The position numbers and the translations under genes were made by a program. From Escherichia coli (GTDB taxonomy: Bacteria; Pseudomonadota; Gammaproteobacteria; Enterobacterales; Enterobacteriaceae), in NCBI RefSeq assembly GCF_016026235.1, contig NZ_CP065614.1: DNA of 64,000 nt; one strand, given 5' to 3'. Numbering within the stretch: position 1 is the first letter of the stretch; the number at the start of each line of letters is the position of its first letter. Below are positions 53,534-63,560 of this stretch, piece by piece. The notes under the pieces are model-generated. The model did not search any database. It saw nothing but the letters and a program-made list of their open reading frames with translations, and was not told the origin of the DNA.

Positions 53534-54377
53534 ATGGCTCGCTACGACCTTCCCGATGAGGCATGGACCATCATCAAGCCTCTGTTACCTCCTGAACCCG
53601 CCACACCACGGGCCGGACGCCCATGGGCTGAGCACCGTAAAATCATCAATGGCATGTTCTGGGTGTTATGTTCCGGTGCACCATGGCGCGATTTACCCGA
53701 ACGATATGGGGCATGGAAAACTGTTTATAACCGCTTTAACCGATGGTCAAAGTCAGGCGTGATTAATATTATTTTCAACAGGTTGCTTTCGCTACTTGAT
53801 GCAAACGGCTTTATTGACTGGTCTGCCACCGCGCTGGATGGCAGTAATATCCGGGCGCTGAAATGTGCCGCCGGTGCTCAAAAAACATCCCGATATCGAC
53901 GGAGATAATGGGCCGGGTCGCTCTCGCGGCGGTTTTGGCACCAAAATCCATCTGGCAACAGACGGAAGTGGCCTCCCGTTAAATATCGTGCTAAGCCCCG
54001 GACAAGCTCATGAAAGCCAGTTCGCGCAACGACTTCTGGACGGGATTGGCGTTCAGCGTCAGAACGGCAGCATGAAACGCCGTGGACATGCGGTACTGGC
54101 TGATAAAGCGTATTCAGGGCGCGCATTGCGCAACGAGCTGAAAAATAACGGTATAAAGGCAGTAATCCCCCGAAAGTCAAATGAGAAAATGGCATCGGAT
54201 GGACGTGCACAGCTTGATCGTGATGCGTACTGCAATCGTAATGTCGTTGAACGGTGCTTTGGGCGGCTGAAAGAATATCGCCGCATCGCCACGCGTTACG
54301 ACAAAACGGCGAGAAATTACCTGGCGATGGTGAAACTGGGCTGCATCCGACTCTTTTATCAACGCTTACGTAATTAA
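53534..54377 (+). CDS. IS5-family (IS427-group-like) transposase in two overlapping ORFs
   Basis: ORF1 (53534-53908) begins MARYDLPDEAWTIIKPLLPP... ORF2 (53865-54377) contains ...DKAYSGRALRNEL...NVVERCFGRLKEYRRIATRYDK. An A6 run is at 53880-53885. ORF2 is +1 relative to ORF1, so it could be a programmed or a mutational shift. No upstream terminal repeat remains. Confidence 0.65.
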
Positions 54378-54387
54378 GGGACACAGC

Positions 54388-55546
54388 CTAAATAGCTGCG
54401 CGGAATAGTAGATCCCTTTGAGGGAACTTAGCCCGGATTGTGCGATCTGATCAATCGCCAAATCAAAACAAATCACCAACCGGACTGAGCAATGCCGATC
54501 ATAGCACCAATTTCCCGTGACGAACGACGCCTGATGCAGAAAGCCATCCATAAAACACACGATAAAAATTATGCCCGCAGACTGACTGCCATGCTGATGC
54601 TGCACCGGGGCGACCGTGTCAGCGACGTTGCCAGAACGCTCTGCTGCGCCCGCTCCTCTGTTGGACGCTGGATTAACTGGTTCACGCAGTCGGGTGTTGA
54701 GGGACTGAAATCATTACCTGCCGGGCGTGCCCGTCGCTGGCCGTTTGAGCATATCTGCACACTGTTACGTGAGCTGGTAAAACATTCTCCCGGCGACTTT
54801 GGCTACCAGCGTTCACGCTGGAGTACAGAACTGCTGGCAATAAAAATCAATGAGATAACCGGTTGCCAGTTAAATGCCGGAACCGTTCGCCGCTGGTTGC
54901 CGTCTGCGGGGATTGTGTGGCGAAGGGCTGCGCCAACTCTGCGTATCCGTGACCCGCATAAAGATGAAAAGATGGCAGCAATCCATAAAGCACTGGACGA
55001 ATGCAGCGCAGAACATCAGGTCTTTTATGAAGATGAAGTGGATATCCATCTTCATCCCAAAATCGGTGCGGACTGGCAACTGCGCGGACAGCAAAAACGG
55101 GTGGTCACGCCGGGACAGAATGAAAAATATTATCTGGCCGGAGCGCTGCACAGCGGGACAGGTAAAGTCAGCTATGTGGGCGGCAACAGCAAAAGTTCGG
55201 CGCTGTTCATCAGCCTGCTGAAGCGGCTTAAAGCGACATACCGTCGGGCGAAAACCATCACGCTGATCGTGGACAACTACATTATCCACAAAAGCCGGGA
55301 AACACAGAGCTGGCTGAAGGAGAACCCGAAGTTCAGGGTCATTTATCAGCCGGTTTACTCGCCATGGGTGAATCATGTTGAACGGCTATGGCAGGCACTT
55401 CACGACACAATAACGCGTAATCATCAGTGCCGCTCAATGTGGCAACTGTTGAAAAAAGTTCGCCATTTTATGGAAACCGTCAGCCCATTCCCCGGAGGCA
55501 AACATGGGCTGGCAAAAGTGTAGCGGTATTAAGCGCAGCTATTTAG
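54388..55546 (+). mobile_element. IS630
   Basis: Terminal repeats are CTAAATAGCTGCGC... and ...GCGCAGCTATTTAG. The boundaries are approximate. Confidence 0.8.
54492..55523 (+). CDS. IS630 transposase
   Basis: Begins MPIIAPISRDERRLMQKAIHKTHDKNYARRL... 343 aa. Confidence 0.9.
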   Translation: MPIIAPISRDERRLMQKAIHKTHDKNYARRLTAMLMLHRGDRVSDVARTLCCARSSVGRWINWFTQSGVEGLKSLPAGRARRWPFEHICTLLRELVKHSPGDFGYQRSRWSTELLAIKINEITGCQLNAGTVRRWLPSAGIVWRRAAPTLRIRDPHKDEKMAAIHKALDECSAEHQVFYEDEVDIHLHPKIGADWQLRGQQKRVVTPGQNEKYYLAGALHSGTGKVSYVGGNSKSSALFISLLKRLKATYRRAKTITLIVDNYIIHKSRETQSWLKENPKFRVIYQPVYSPWVNHVERLWQALHDTITRNHQCRSMWQLLKKVRHFMETVSPFPGGKHGLAKV

Positions 55547-55660
55547 ATTATTGCCGCATTTTCTCCACCACGATCAGAGCCGAAAAAAGATAATTTTTTT
55601 CCAACTGCCACCCGGCGTAATGCGTTTTCACCAATGTTACCCCACCTATTGCGGCAAAAG
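55547..55660 (-). pseudogene. IS66-family TnpC C-terminal fragment
   Basis: ...ENALRRVAVGKKLSFFGSDRGGENAAII. Confidence 0.6.
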
Positions 55661-55688
55661 GTAATGTCTTCAATCGATAGAAGTTTCT

Positions 55689-56424
55689 GGTAATCTACTG
55701 GTATTTGAGGTTTTCCATGACTACCGTTACTGTTCATTGTCCGCGCTGTAATTCCGATGAAGTTTATCGACATGGCCGTAGTTGTTCCCGGCATGAGCGT
55801 TTCCGTTGTCGCTCATGTAAACGTGTTTTCCAGCTCACTTACTCTTATGAAGCCAGAAAACTCGGCGTTAAGGAGCAGATCGTTGAAATGGCACATAACG
55901 GCGCAGGGGGCTGTTATACCGCCAGAACACTGAAAATCGGCATCAATACCGTCATACGGACATTAAAAAGCTCTCGCCCCGGCGGATAACATCTGCGCCA
56001 GTCGCTCACGCTGATGTTGCCCTTATCTGTGAACTTGATGAGCAGTGGCGCTTCGTTGGCAGCAAGGCGCAACAACACTGGCCCTGGTATGCGTACAACA
56101 CTAAAACTGGCGGTGTGTTGGCTTACACTTGCGGGCCACGGAATGATGAGACCTGTCGGGAACTGTTAGCCCTGTTGACTCCGTTCTGTATCGGCATGGT
56201 GACCAGCGATGACTGGGGCAGCTACGCCAGAGAAGTGCCGGAGGAGAAACACCTGACCGGCAAAATCTTCACGCAACGTATGAACGTAACAACCTGACCC
56301 TCCGCCCCCGCATCAAGCGGCTGGCACGTAAAACAATCTGCTTCTCGCGTTCCGTGGAAATCCACGAAAAAGTCATCGGTTCCTTCATTGAAAAGCACAT
56401 ATTCTAATGATTGGAAGTACTACC
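55689..56424 (+). mobile_element. IS1-family variant element, degenerate
   Basis: IS1-like end GGTAATCTACTGGTATTTGAG. The InsA-like ORF (55717-55989) begins MTTVTVHCPRCNS... The InsB-like frame is broken (56115-56297, then ...RIKRLARKTICFSRSVEIHEKVIGSFIEKHIF). Confidence 0.7.
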
Positions 56425-56610
56425 CGGCAAAACTCATTCAGTGCATTCCAGTGATTCAGGATATAGTTGAACGCCTTTACCATTTCAGCATGGTTTGACA
56501 AAGTTTTCCTCTGGAGCTTTATCCAGTCATACAAGGACTTCATTCGCGGCACACATTTCTCCTGCCTTACCGCAAGCCGTTTTTCTGCCGGCCTCCCTCG
56601 TATTAAATGT

Positions 56611-56627
56611 GTATCGTTTTTTTACAG
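56611..56627 (+). promoter_or_regulatory. MxiE box
   Basis: Reads GTATCGTTTTTTTACAG. About 305 nt upstream of the ipaH7.8-type ATG. Confidence 0.75.
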
Positions 56628-56931
56628 TAATTTTAATTTATCATTCTATAATAGGAATAAATGAGCTTGGCTAAAATATGATGTAAAACAAATATACTTA
56701 CTCGGATTACATTTCCTTGCTCACTGGAATGTTGAATTCAGTGTTATTATTGACTGCAGTCACAATAAAAAAAGAATTCCATAGAAAACCTCAATAAATA
56801 AATTACAACTAACTTCTGTTATGTGTAAAATGGAAACTATTAAAACTTAATATCGGAAATGGTAAGTGAAATTTGTATAAATATACAATTTTAAATATTT
56901 ATTCTCACAAATATAAGGTTGCCCTAGCATT

Positions 56932-58629
56932 ATGTTCTCTGTAAATAATACACACTCATCAGTTTCTTGCTCCCCCTCTATTAACTCAAACTCAACCAGT
57001 AATGAACATTATCTGAGAATCCTGACTGAATGGGAAAAGAACTCTTCTCCCGGGGAAGAGCGAGGCATTGCTTTTAACAGACTCTCCCAGTGCTTTCAGA
57101 ATCAAGAAGCAGTATTAAATTTATCAGACCTAAATTTGACGTCTCTTCCCGAATTACCAAAGCATATTTCTGCTTTGATTGTAGAAAATAATAAATTAAC
57201 ATCATTGCCAAAGCTGCCTGCATTTCTCAAAGAACTTAATGCTGATAATAACAGGCTTTCTGTGATACCAGAACTTCCTGAGTCATTAACAACTTTAAGT
57301 GTTCGTTCTAATCAACTGGAAAACCTTCCTGTTTTGCCAAACCATTTAACATCATTATTTGTTGAAAATAACAGGCTATATAACTTACCGGCTCTTCCCG
57401 AAAAATTGAAATTTTTACATGTTTATTATAACAGGCTGACAACATTACCCGACTTACCGGATAAACTGGAAATTCTCTGTGCTCAGCGCAATAATCTGGT
57501 TACTTTTCCTCAATTTTCTGATAGAAACAATATCAGACAAAAGGAATATTATTTTCATTTTAATCAGATAACCACTCTTCCGGAGAGTTTTTCACAATTA
57601 GATTCAAGTTACAGGATTAATATTTCAGGGAATCCATTGTCGACTCGCGTTCTGCAATCCCTGCAAAGATTAACCTCTTCGCCGGACTACCACGGCCCGC
57701 AGATTTACTTCTCCATGAGTGACGGACAACAGAATACACTCCATCGCCCCCTGGCTGATGCCGTGACAGCATGGTTCCCGGAAAACAAACAATCTGATGT
57801 ATCACAGATATGGCATGCTTTTGAACATGAAGAGCATGCCAACACCTTTTCCGCGTTCCTTGACCGCCTTTCCGATACCGTCTCTGCACGCAATACCTCC
57901 GGATTCCGTGAACAGGTCGCTGCATGGCTGGAAAAACTCAGTGCCTCTGCGGAGCTTCGACAGCAGTCTTTCGCTGTTGCTGCTGATGCCACTGAGAGCT
58001 GTGAGGACCGTGTCGCGCTCACATGGAACAATCTCCGGAAAACCCTCCTGGTCCATCAGGCATCAGAAGGCCTTTTCGATAATGATACCGGCGCTCTGCT
58101 CTCCCTGGGCAGGGAAATGTTCCGCCTCGAAATTCTGGAGGACATTGCCCGGGATAAAGTCAGAACTCTCCATTTTGTGGATGAGATAGAAGTCTACCTG
58201 GCCTTCCAGACCATGCTCGCAGAGAAACTTCAGATCTCCACTGCCGTGAAGGAAATGCGTTTCTATGGCGTGTCGGGAGTGACAGCAAATGACCTCCGCA
58301 CTGCCGAAGCCATGGTCAGAAGCCGTGAAGAGAATGAATTTATGGACTGGTTCTCCCTCTGGGGACCATGGCATGCTGTACTGAAGCGTACGGAAGCTGA
58401 CCGCTGGGCGCAGGCAGAAGAGCAGAAGTATGAGATGCTGGAGAATGAGTACTCTCAGAGGGTGGCTGACCGGCTGAAAGCATCAGGTCTGAGCGGTGAT
58501 ACGGATGCGGAGAGGGAAGCCGGTGCACAGGTGATGCGTGAGACTGAACAGCAGATTTACCGTCAGTTGACTGACGAGGTACTGGCCCTGCGATTGTCTG
58601 AAAACGGCTCACGACTGCACCATTCATAA
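56932..58629 (+). CDS. ipaH7.8: IpaH7.8-type LRR + NEL E3 ligase effector
   Basis: N-terminus MFSVNNTHSSVSCSPSINSNSTSNEHYLRILTEWEKN. NEL domain with SCEDR. 565 aa. Confidence 0.85.
   Translation: MFSVNNTHSSVSCSPSINSNSTSNEHYLRILTEWEKNSSPGEERGIAFNRLSQCFQNQEAVLNLSDLNLTSLPELPKHISALIVENNKLTSLPKLPAFLKELNADNNRLSVIPELPESLTTLSVRSNQLENLPVLPNHLTSLFVENNRLYNLPALPEKLKFLHVYYNRLTTLPDLPDKLEILCAQRNNLVTFPQFSDRNNIRQKEYYFHFNQITTLPESFSQLDSSYRINISGNPLSTRVLQSLQRLTSSPDYHGPQIYFSMSDGQQNTLHRPLADAVTAWFPENKQSDVSQIWHAFEHEEHANTFSAFLDRLSDTVSARNTSGFREQVAAWLEKLSASAELRQQSFAVAADATESCEDRVALTWNNLRKTLLVHQASEGLFDNDTGALLSLGREMFRLEILEDIARDKVRTLHFVDEIEVYLAFQTMLAEKLQISTAVKEMRFYGVSGVTANDLRTAEAMVRSREENEFMDWFSLWGPWHAVLKRTEADRWAQAEEQKYEMLENEYSQRVADRLKASGLSGDTDAEREAGAQVMRETEQQIYRQLTDEVLALRLSENGSRLHHS
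57751..58611 (+). repeat. NEL-domain repeat copy 2
   Basis: As above. Identity with copy 3 extends upstream to about 57622 / 61117. Confidence 0.95.
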
Positions 58630-58707
58630 TCACGTCGCATAAGCATAAACCGCAGACCGGATTGACTCCGGAAAAACTGTGACCCGATTACGGACCTTAA
58701 CAACAAC

Positions 58708-58744
58708 CCGTAAATCCTCGCTCAATACCGGCAGGGATTTACGG
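58708..58744 (+). terminator. Possible terminator hairpin after the ipaH7.8-type gene
   Basis: 10-bp perfect stem CCGTAAATCC / GGATTTACGG with a 17-nt loop. The T-run starts only about 12 nt further on, so this is a weak call. Confidence 0.3.
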
Positions 58745-58775
58745 CGTGCAACTGACTTTTTTGAGGGGCTAACCA

Positions 58776-60069
58776 CTGAGGGATCCCCAGAAAATTTAGT
58801 AAACCATTATCATATTGGTATACCGTTGCTGTAGAACTTTCAGCCCTGCGTCAAGTGACAGTGTGTTTAGTATGAGTGGAGAATGTCGAATCACATTCTC
58901 CGCCAGTTTTAATAACGAGATGACTCGCCTGTGCTTCACTGTATTTGCCTGATATTTATGATGTATCCCTTTGTTTTCCAGGCTGAAACCGCTTAACCAC
59001 ATAATGATACTGGCTAATGTTGCGATCAGACTCAATACCGTGACCCGCCCGGATGAATGACTGGCACCAAACCGTAGTCCAAATCCCCAGCGAGGATTTT
59101 TTTCATCCCTGAAATTTTGCTCAATTTGCATTCTACGGCTGTATAATTTCATTACCTGTTTTGGCGAGAACTCAGTACTGTTTGTGAAAATAAACCATGG
59201 TGATTTCCCGGCAGTACGAGCTTTAGCCGTCACCGATGGTCTGGTTGCTCTTTCCTTCGAGCGTTTAAATCTACGACCTTTAGGCTTACTTTTATAAAGA
59301 TAAAAATGCCCTTCATGTTGTGCATTTTTATCTCGACCCAGCAGGCCTTCACCTAAATAAATTGCTGTCGTTGATGCTTTTGTGCCTGAGTCCGACACCT
59401 TTTCCCAGCCATTACCAACATTGTAATAATGATTGCCCAGTACCCGGCAAATATAGGTCCAGCCACGGGAGCGGAGCTGTTGGAACCATCGCCCCTGAAA
59501 ACCGGCATCTGTAATAACAATGACATCAGTCCCGGGGGAAAAGCACTCAGCAAGCGATTCCAGAAAACGCTCATGTACATCTGCATTCGCTGTCTGTGAT
59601 GATGGAACGACACAACTCATCAACGGTAAAGAACGCCCGTCACATGCCAGGCTTGCCCGCAAAAGCTGAAAACGAGAGGCATGATAAGCACTCCAGTCAA
59701 TGAGTATCACAACACGAGACATTCCCCGCGTAATCTTTTGGGTAATTCGCTGAAAAATGGTGGAAACCTCATTTTGCAAATGTCGATTCCCCAACAGTCG
59801 ATCCACCCGCTTTATTTTGTTTTTAACTGATGCCGTACCGGTTAAATGACGCCCGATACTGGTAAGTGTGAGGGAAGCGCCATTTATTACAGCATTAGTT
59901 GCGTCAATCAGTGATTTTTGACGGTAAAGATGCAAAGGGGCCAGTATGTTGTTAAGGAAATTTTGGCATAATGAACGTGCAGGCATAGTGGTGATCTCCT
60001 TGAAATTGTTAGCACAATCAATTAGATCACATCTCACTATGCCTGTCTTGTTTTCTGGGGATTCCTCAG
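58776..60069 (-). mobile_element. IS4-family element, IS10-like
   Basis: Terminal repeats are CTGAGGGATCCCCAGAAAA and TTTTCTGGGGATTCCTCAG. Flanking direct repeat GGCTAACCA at 58767-58775 and 60071-60079. Confidence 0.8.
58796..59986 (-). CDS. IS4-family (IS10-like) transposase
   Basis: Begins MPARSLCQNFLNNILAPLHLYRQKSL and contains ...KRVDRLLGNRHL...YSRRMQIEQNFRDEK. AGGAG lies upstream of the ATG at 59986. The track ORF extends to 60220. Confidence 0.8.
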   Translation of the reverse strand: MPARSLCQNFLNNILAPLHLYRQKSLIDATNAVINGASLTLTSIGRHLTGTASVKNKIKRVDRLLGNRHLQNEVSTIFQRITQKITRGMSRVVILIDWSAYHASRFQLLRASLACDGRSLPLMSCVVPSSQTANADVHERFLESLAECFSPGTDVIVITDAGFQGRWFQQLRSRGWTYICRVLGNHYYNVGNGWEKVSDSGTKASTTAIYLGEGLLGRDKNAQHEGHFYLYKSKPKGRRFKRSKERATRPSVTAKARTAGKSPWFIFTNSTEFSPKQVMKLYSRRMQIEQNFRDEKNPRWGFGLRFGASHSSGRVTVLSLIATLASIIMWLSGFSLENKGIHHKYQANTVKHRRVISLLKLAENVIRHSPLILNTLSLDAGLKVLQQRYTNMIMVY

Positions 60070-60286
60070 GGGCTAACCAACCAGATCGTTTGCTATGGGA
60101 ATATCGAGACAGTAATGAGTTAAATGATAAAAATTGTTTGAAAATATAGGGGATAAAGATCAATCCAAACTGGATGAAAGTAGAACTGGTCACATTAACA
60201 TGGGTAGACTGATATAACAATCGACGGTTACTGGAAAGACAGGAACATATTCCTCCAGCTGGAATGAAAACGCCGATAAAGCTCTA

Positions 60287-60303
60287 GGATTGTTTTTTTA
60301 AAG
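60287..60303 (+). promoter_or_regulatory. MxiE-box-like sequence
   Basis: Reads GGATTGTTTTTTTAAAG, with 2 mismatches to the GTATCGTTTTTTTANAG consensus. Located 58 nt upstream of the ATG at 60361. Confidence 0.5.
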
Positions 60304-60360
60304 ACTTTCTCGTTTTATTTGCATTAATAGACCAAGATATGAATAGTGAGGGGTTAATAA

Positions 60361-62085
60361 ATGAAACCGATCAACAATCATTCTTTTTTTCGTTCCCTTT
60401 GTGGCTTATCATGTATATCTCGTTTATCGGTAGAAGAACAGTGTACCAGAGATTACCACCGCATCTGGGATGACTGGGCTAGGGAAGGAACAACAACAGA
60501 AAATCGCATCCAGGCGGTTCGATTATTGAAAATATGTCTGGATACCCGGGAGCCTGTTCTCAATTTAAGCTTACTGAAACTACGTTCTTTACCACCACTC
60601 CCTTTGCATATACGTGAACTTAATATTTCCAACAATGAGTTAATCTCCCTACCTGAAAATTCTCCGCTTTTGACAGAACTTCATGTAAATGGTAACAACT
60701 TGAATATACTCCCGACACTTCCATCTCAACTGATTAAGCTTAATATTTCATTCAATCGAAATTTGTCATGTCTGCCATCATTACCACCATATTTACAATC
60801 ACTCTCGGCACGTTTTAATAGTCTGGAGACGTTACCAGAGCTTCCATCAACGCTAACAATATTACGTATTGAAGGTAATCGCCTTACTGTCTTGCCTGAA
60901 TTGCCTCATAGACTACAAGAACTCTTTGTTTCCGGCAACAGACTACAGGAACTACCAGAATTTCCTCAGCGCTTAAAATATTTGAAGGTAGGTGAAAATC
61001 AACTACGCAGATTATCCAGATTACCGCAAGAACTATTGGCACTGGATGTTTCCAATAACCTACTAACTTCATTACCCGAAAATATAATCACATTGCCCAT
61101 TTGTACGAATGTTAACATTTCAGGGAATCCATTGTCGACTCGCGTTCTGCAATCCCTGCAAAGATTAACCTCTTCGCCGGACTACCACGGCCCGCAGATT
61201 TACTTCTCCATGAGTGACGGACAACAGAATACACTCCATCGCCCCCTGGCTGATGCCGTGACAGCATGGTTCCCGGAAAACAAACAATCTGATGTATCAC
61301 AGATATGGCATGCTTTTGAACATGAAGAGCATGCCAACACCTTTTCCGCGTTCCTTGACCGCCTTTCCGATACCGTCTCTGCACGCAATACCTCCGGATT
61401 CCGTGAACAGGTCGCTGCATGGCTGGAAAAACTCAGTGCCTCTGCGGAGCTTCGACAGCAGTCTTTCGCTGTTGCTGCTGATGCCACTGAGAGCTGTGAG
61501 GACCGTGTCGCGCTCACATGGAACAATCTCCGGAAAACCCTCCTGGTCCATCAGGCATCAGAAGGCCTTTTCGATAATGATACCGGCGCTCTGCTCTCCC
61601 TGGGCAGGGAAATGTTCCGCCTCGAAATTCTGGAGGACATTGCCCGGGATAAAGTCAGAACTCTCCATTTTGTGGATGAGATAGAAGTCTACCTGGCCTT
61701 CCAGACCATGCTCGCAGAGAAACTTCAGCTCTCCACTGCCGTGAAGGAAATGCGTTTCTATGGCGTGTCGGGAGTGACAGCAAATGACCTCCGCACTGCC
61801 GAAGCCATGGTCAGAAGCCGTGAAGAGAATGAATTTAAGGACTGGTTCTCCCTCTGGGGACCATGGCATGCTGTACTGAAGCGTACGGAAGCTGACCGCT
61901 GGGCGCAGGCAGAAGAGCAGAAGTATGAGATGCTGGAGAATGAGTACTCTCAGAGGGTGGCTGACCGGCTGAAAGCATCAGGTCTGAGCGGTGATGCGGA
62001 TGCGGAGAGGGAAGCCGGTGCACAGGTGATGCGTGAGACTGAACAGCAGATTTACCGTCAGTTGACTGACGAGGTACTGGCCTGA
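60361..62085 (+). CDS. ipaH4.5: IpaH4.5-type LRR + NEL effector, C-terminal tail replaced by the IS629 junction
   Basis: N-terminus MKPINNHSFFRSLCGLSCISRLSVEEQC. The ORF ends ...DEVLA, with the stop codon TGA formed by the first 3 nt of IS629 (62083-62085). Confidence 0.8.
   Translation: MKPINNHSFFRSLCGLSCISRLSVEEQCTRDYHRIWDDWAREGTTTENRIQAVRLLKICLDTREPVLNLSLLKLRSLPPLPLHIRELNISNNELISLPENSPLLTELHVNGNNLNILPTLPSQLIKLNISFNRNLSCLPSLPPYLQSLSARFNSLETLPELPSTLTILRIEGNRLTVLPELPHRLQELFVSGNRLQELPEFPQRLKYLKVGENQLRRLSRLPQELLALDVSNNLLTSLPENIITLPICTNVNISGNPLSTRVLQSLQRLTSSPDYHGPQIYFSMSDGQQNTLHRPLADAVTAWFPENKQSDVSQIWHAFEHEEHANTFSAFLDRLSDTVSARNTSGFREQVAAWLEKLSASAELRQQSFAVAADATESCEDRVALTWNNLRKTLLVHQASEGLFDNDTGALLSLGREMFRLEILEDIARDKVRTLHFVDEIEVYLAFQTMLAEKLQLSTAVKEMRFYGVSGVTANDLRTAEAMVRSREENEFKDWFSLWGPWHAVLKRTEADRWAQAEEQKYEMLENEYSQRVADRLKASGLSGDADAEREAGAQVMRETEQQIYRQLTDEVLA
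61246..62082 (+). repeat. NEL-domain repeat copy 3 (cut by IS629)
   Basis: As above. Confidence 0.95.
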
Positions 62086-63392
62086 ACCGCCCCGGGAATC
62101 CTGGAGACTAAACTTCCTGAGAAAGAGGTAAACAGGATGACTAAAAATACTCGTTTTTCCCCCGAAGTCCGTCAACGGGCAGTCCGTATGGTTCTGGAAA
62201 GTCAGGGCGAATATGACTCACAATGGGCGACAATTTGTTCCATTGCTCCAAAGATTGGCTGTACGCCGGAGACTCTGCGTGTCTGGGTTCGCCAGCATGA
62301 GCGGGATACCGGGGGCGGTGATGGAGGGCTCACCACCGCTGAACGTCAGCGTCTGAAAGAGCTGGAGCGTGAAAATCGTGAAATGCGCCGCAGTAACGAT
62401 ATCCTTCGCCAGGCTTCCGCTTATTTTGCGAAGGCGGAGTTCGACCGCCTCTGGAAAAAATGATGCCACTGCTGGATAAGCTGCGTGAGCAGTACGGGGT
62501 CGGACCGCTATGCAGCGAACTGCATATTGCCCCGTCAACGTATTACCACTGTCAGCAACAGCGACATCATCCGGATAAACGCAGTGCCCGTGCGCAGCGC
62601 GATGACTGGCTGAAGAAAGAGATACAGCGCGTATACGATGAAAATCACAAGGTATACGGTGTGCGTAAAGTCTGGCGTCAGTTGTTACGGGAAGGTATCA
62701 GAGTGGCCAGATGCACTGTGGCACGTCTCATGGCGGTTATGGGACTTGCCGGTGTTCTCCGGGGTAAAAAGGTCCGTACGACCATCAGCCGGAAAGCCGT
62801 TGCCGCAGGCGACCGCGTAAACCGTCAGTTCGTGGCAGAACGACCTGACCAGCTGTGGGTGGCTGATTTTACTTACGTCAGCACATGGCAGGGCTTCGTC
62901 TATGTGGCGTTCATCATTGATGTGTTTGCCGGATGCATCGTGGGGTGGCGGGTCTCATCGTCCATGGAAACGACATTCGTGCTGGATGCACTGGAGCAGG
63001 CGTTATGGGCCCGTCGACCGTCCGGCACGGTCCATCACAGTGATAAAGGTTCTCAGTATGTATCGCTGGCCTACACACAGCGGCTTAAGGAAGCCGGATT
63101 ACTGGCATCAACAGGAAGTACAGGCGACTCGTATGACAACGCGATGGCGGAGAGCATCAATGGTCTTTACAAAGCGGAGGTAATACACCGTAAGAGCTGG
63201 AAAAACCGTGCAGAAGTGGAACTGGCCACACTCACGTGGGTGGACTGGTATAACAATCGACGATTGCTGGAAAGGCTGGGCCATACTCCTCCGGCAGAAG
63301 CAGAAAAAGCTTATTATGCTTCCATCGGAAACGATGATCTGGCAGCCTGAGTTCACAGATAAAACACTCTCCAGGAAACCCGGGGCGGTTCA
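62083..63392 (+). mobile_element. IS629, copy 4, intact
   Basis: 1310 bp. OrfA is at 62137-62463 (one aa change, L to M) and OrfB at 62460-63350. The flanks are unrelated. Confidence 0.9.
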
Positions 63393-63560
63393 GTTGCTGA
63401 ACTGCTGGAACCGCTGTATGACATCCTGCGCCAGTATGTGCTGATGCCCGGTAAAGTCCATGCCGATGATATCCCCGTTCCGGTCCAGGAGCCGGGCAGC
63501 GGTAAAACAAGGACTGCCCGGCTGTGGGTCTACGTTCGTGATGACCGTAACGCCGGTTCG
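63393..63560 (+). pseudogene. IS66-family TnpC internal fragment
   Basis: Encodes VAELLEPLYDILRQYVLMPGKVHADDIPVPVQEPGSGKTRTARLWVYVRDDRNAGS. Similarity to the TnpC at 2543-4021 stops at 63560. Confidence 0.7.
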
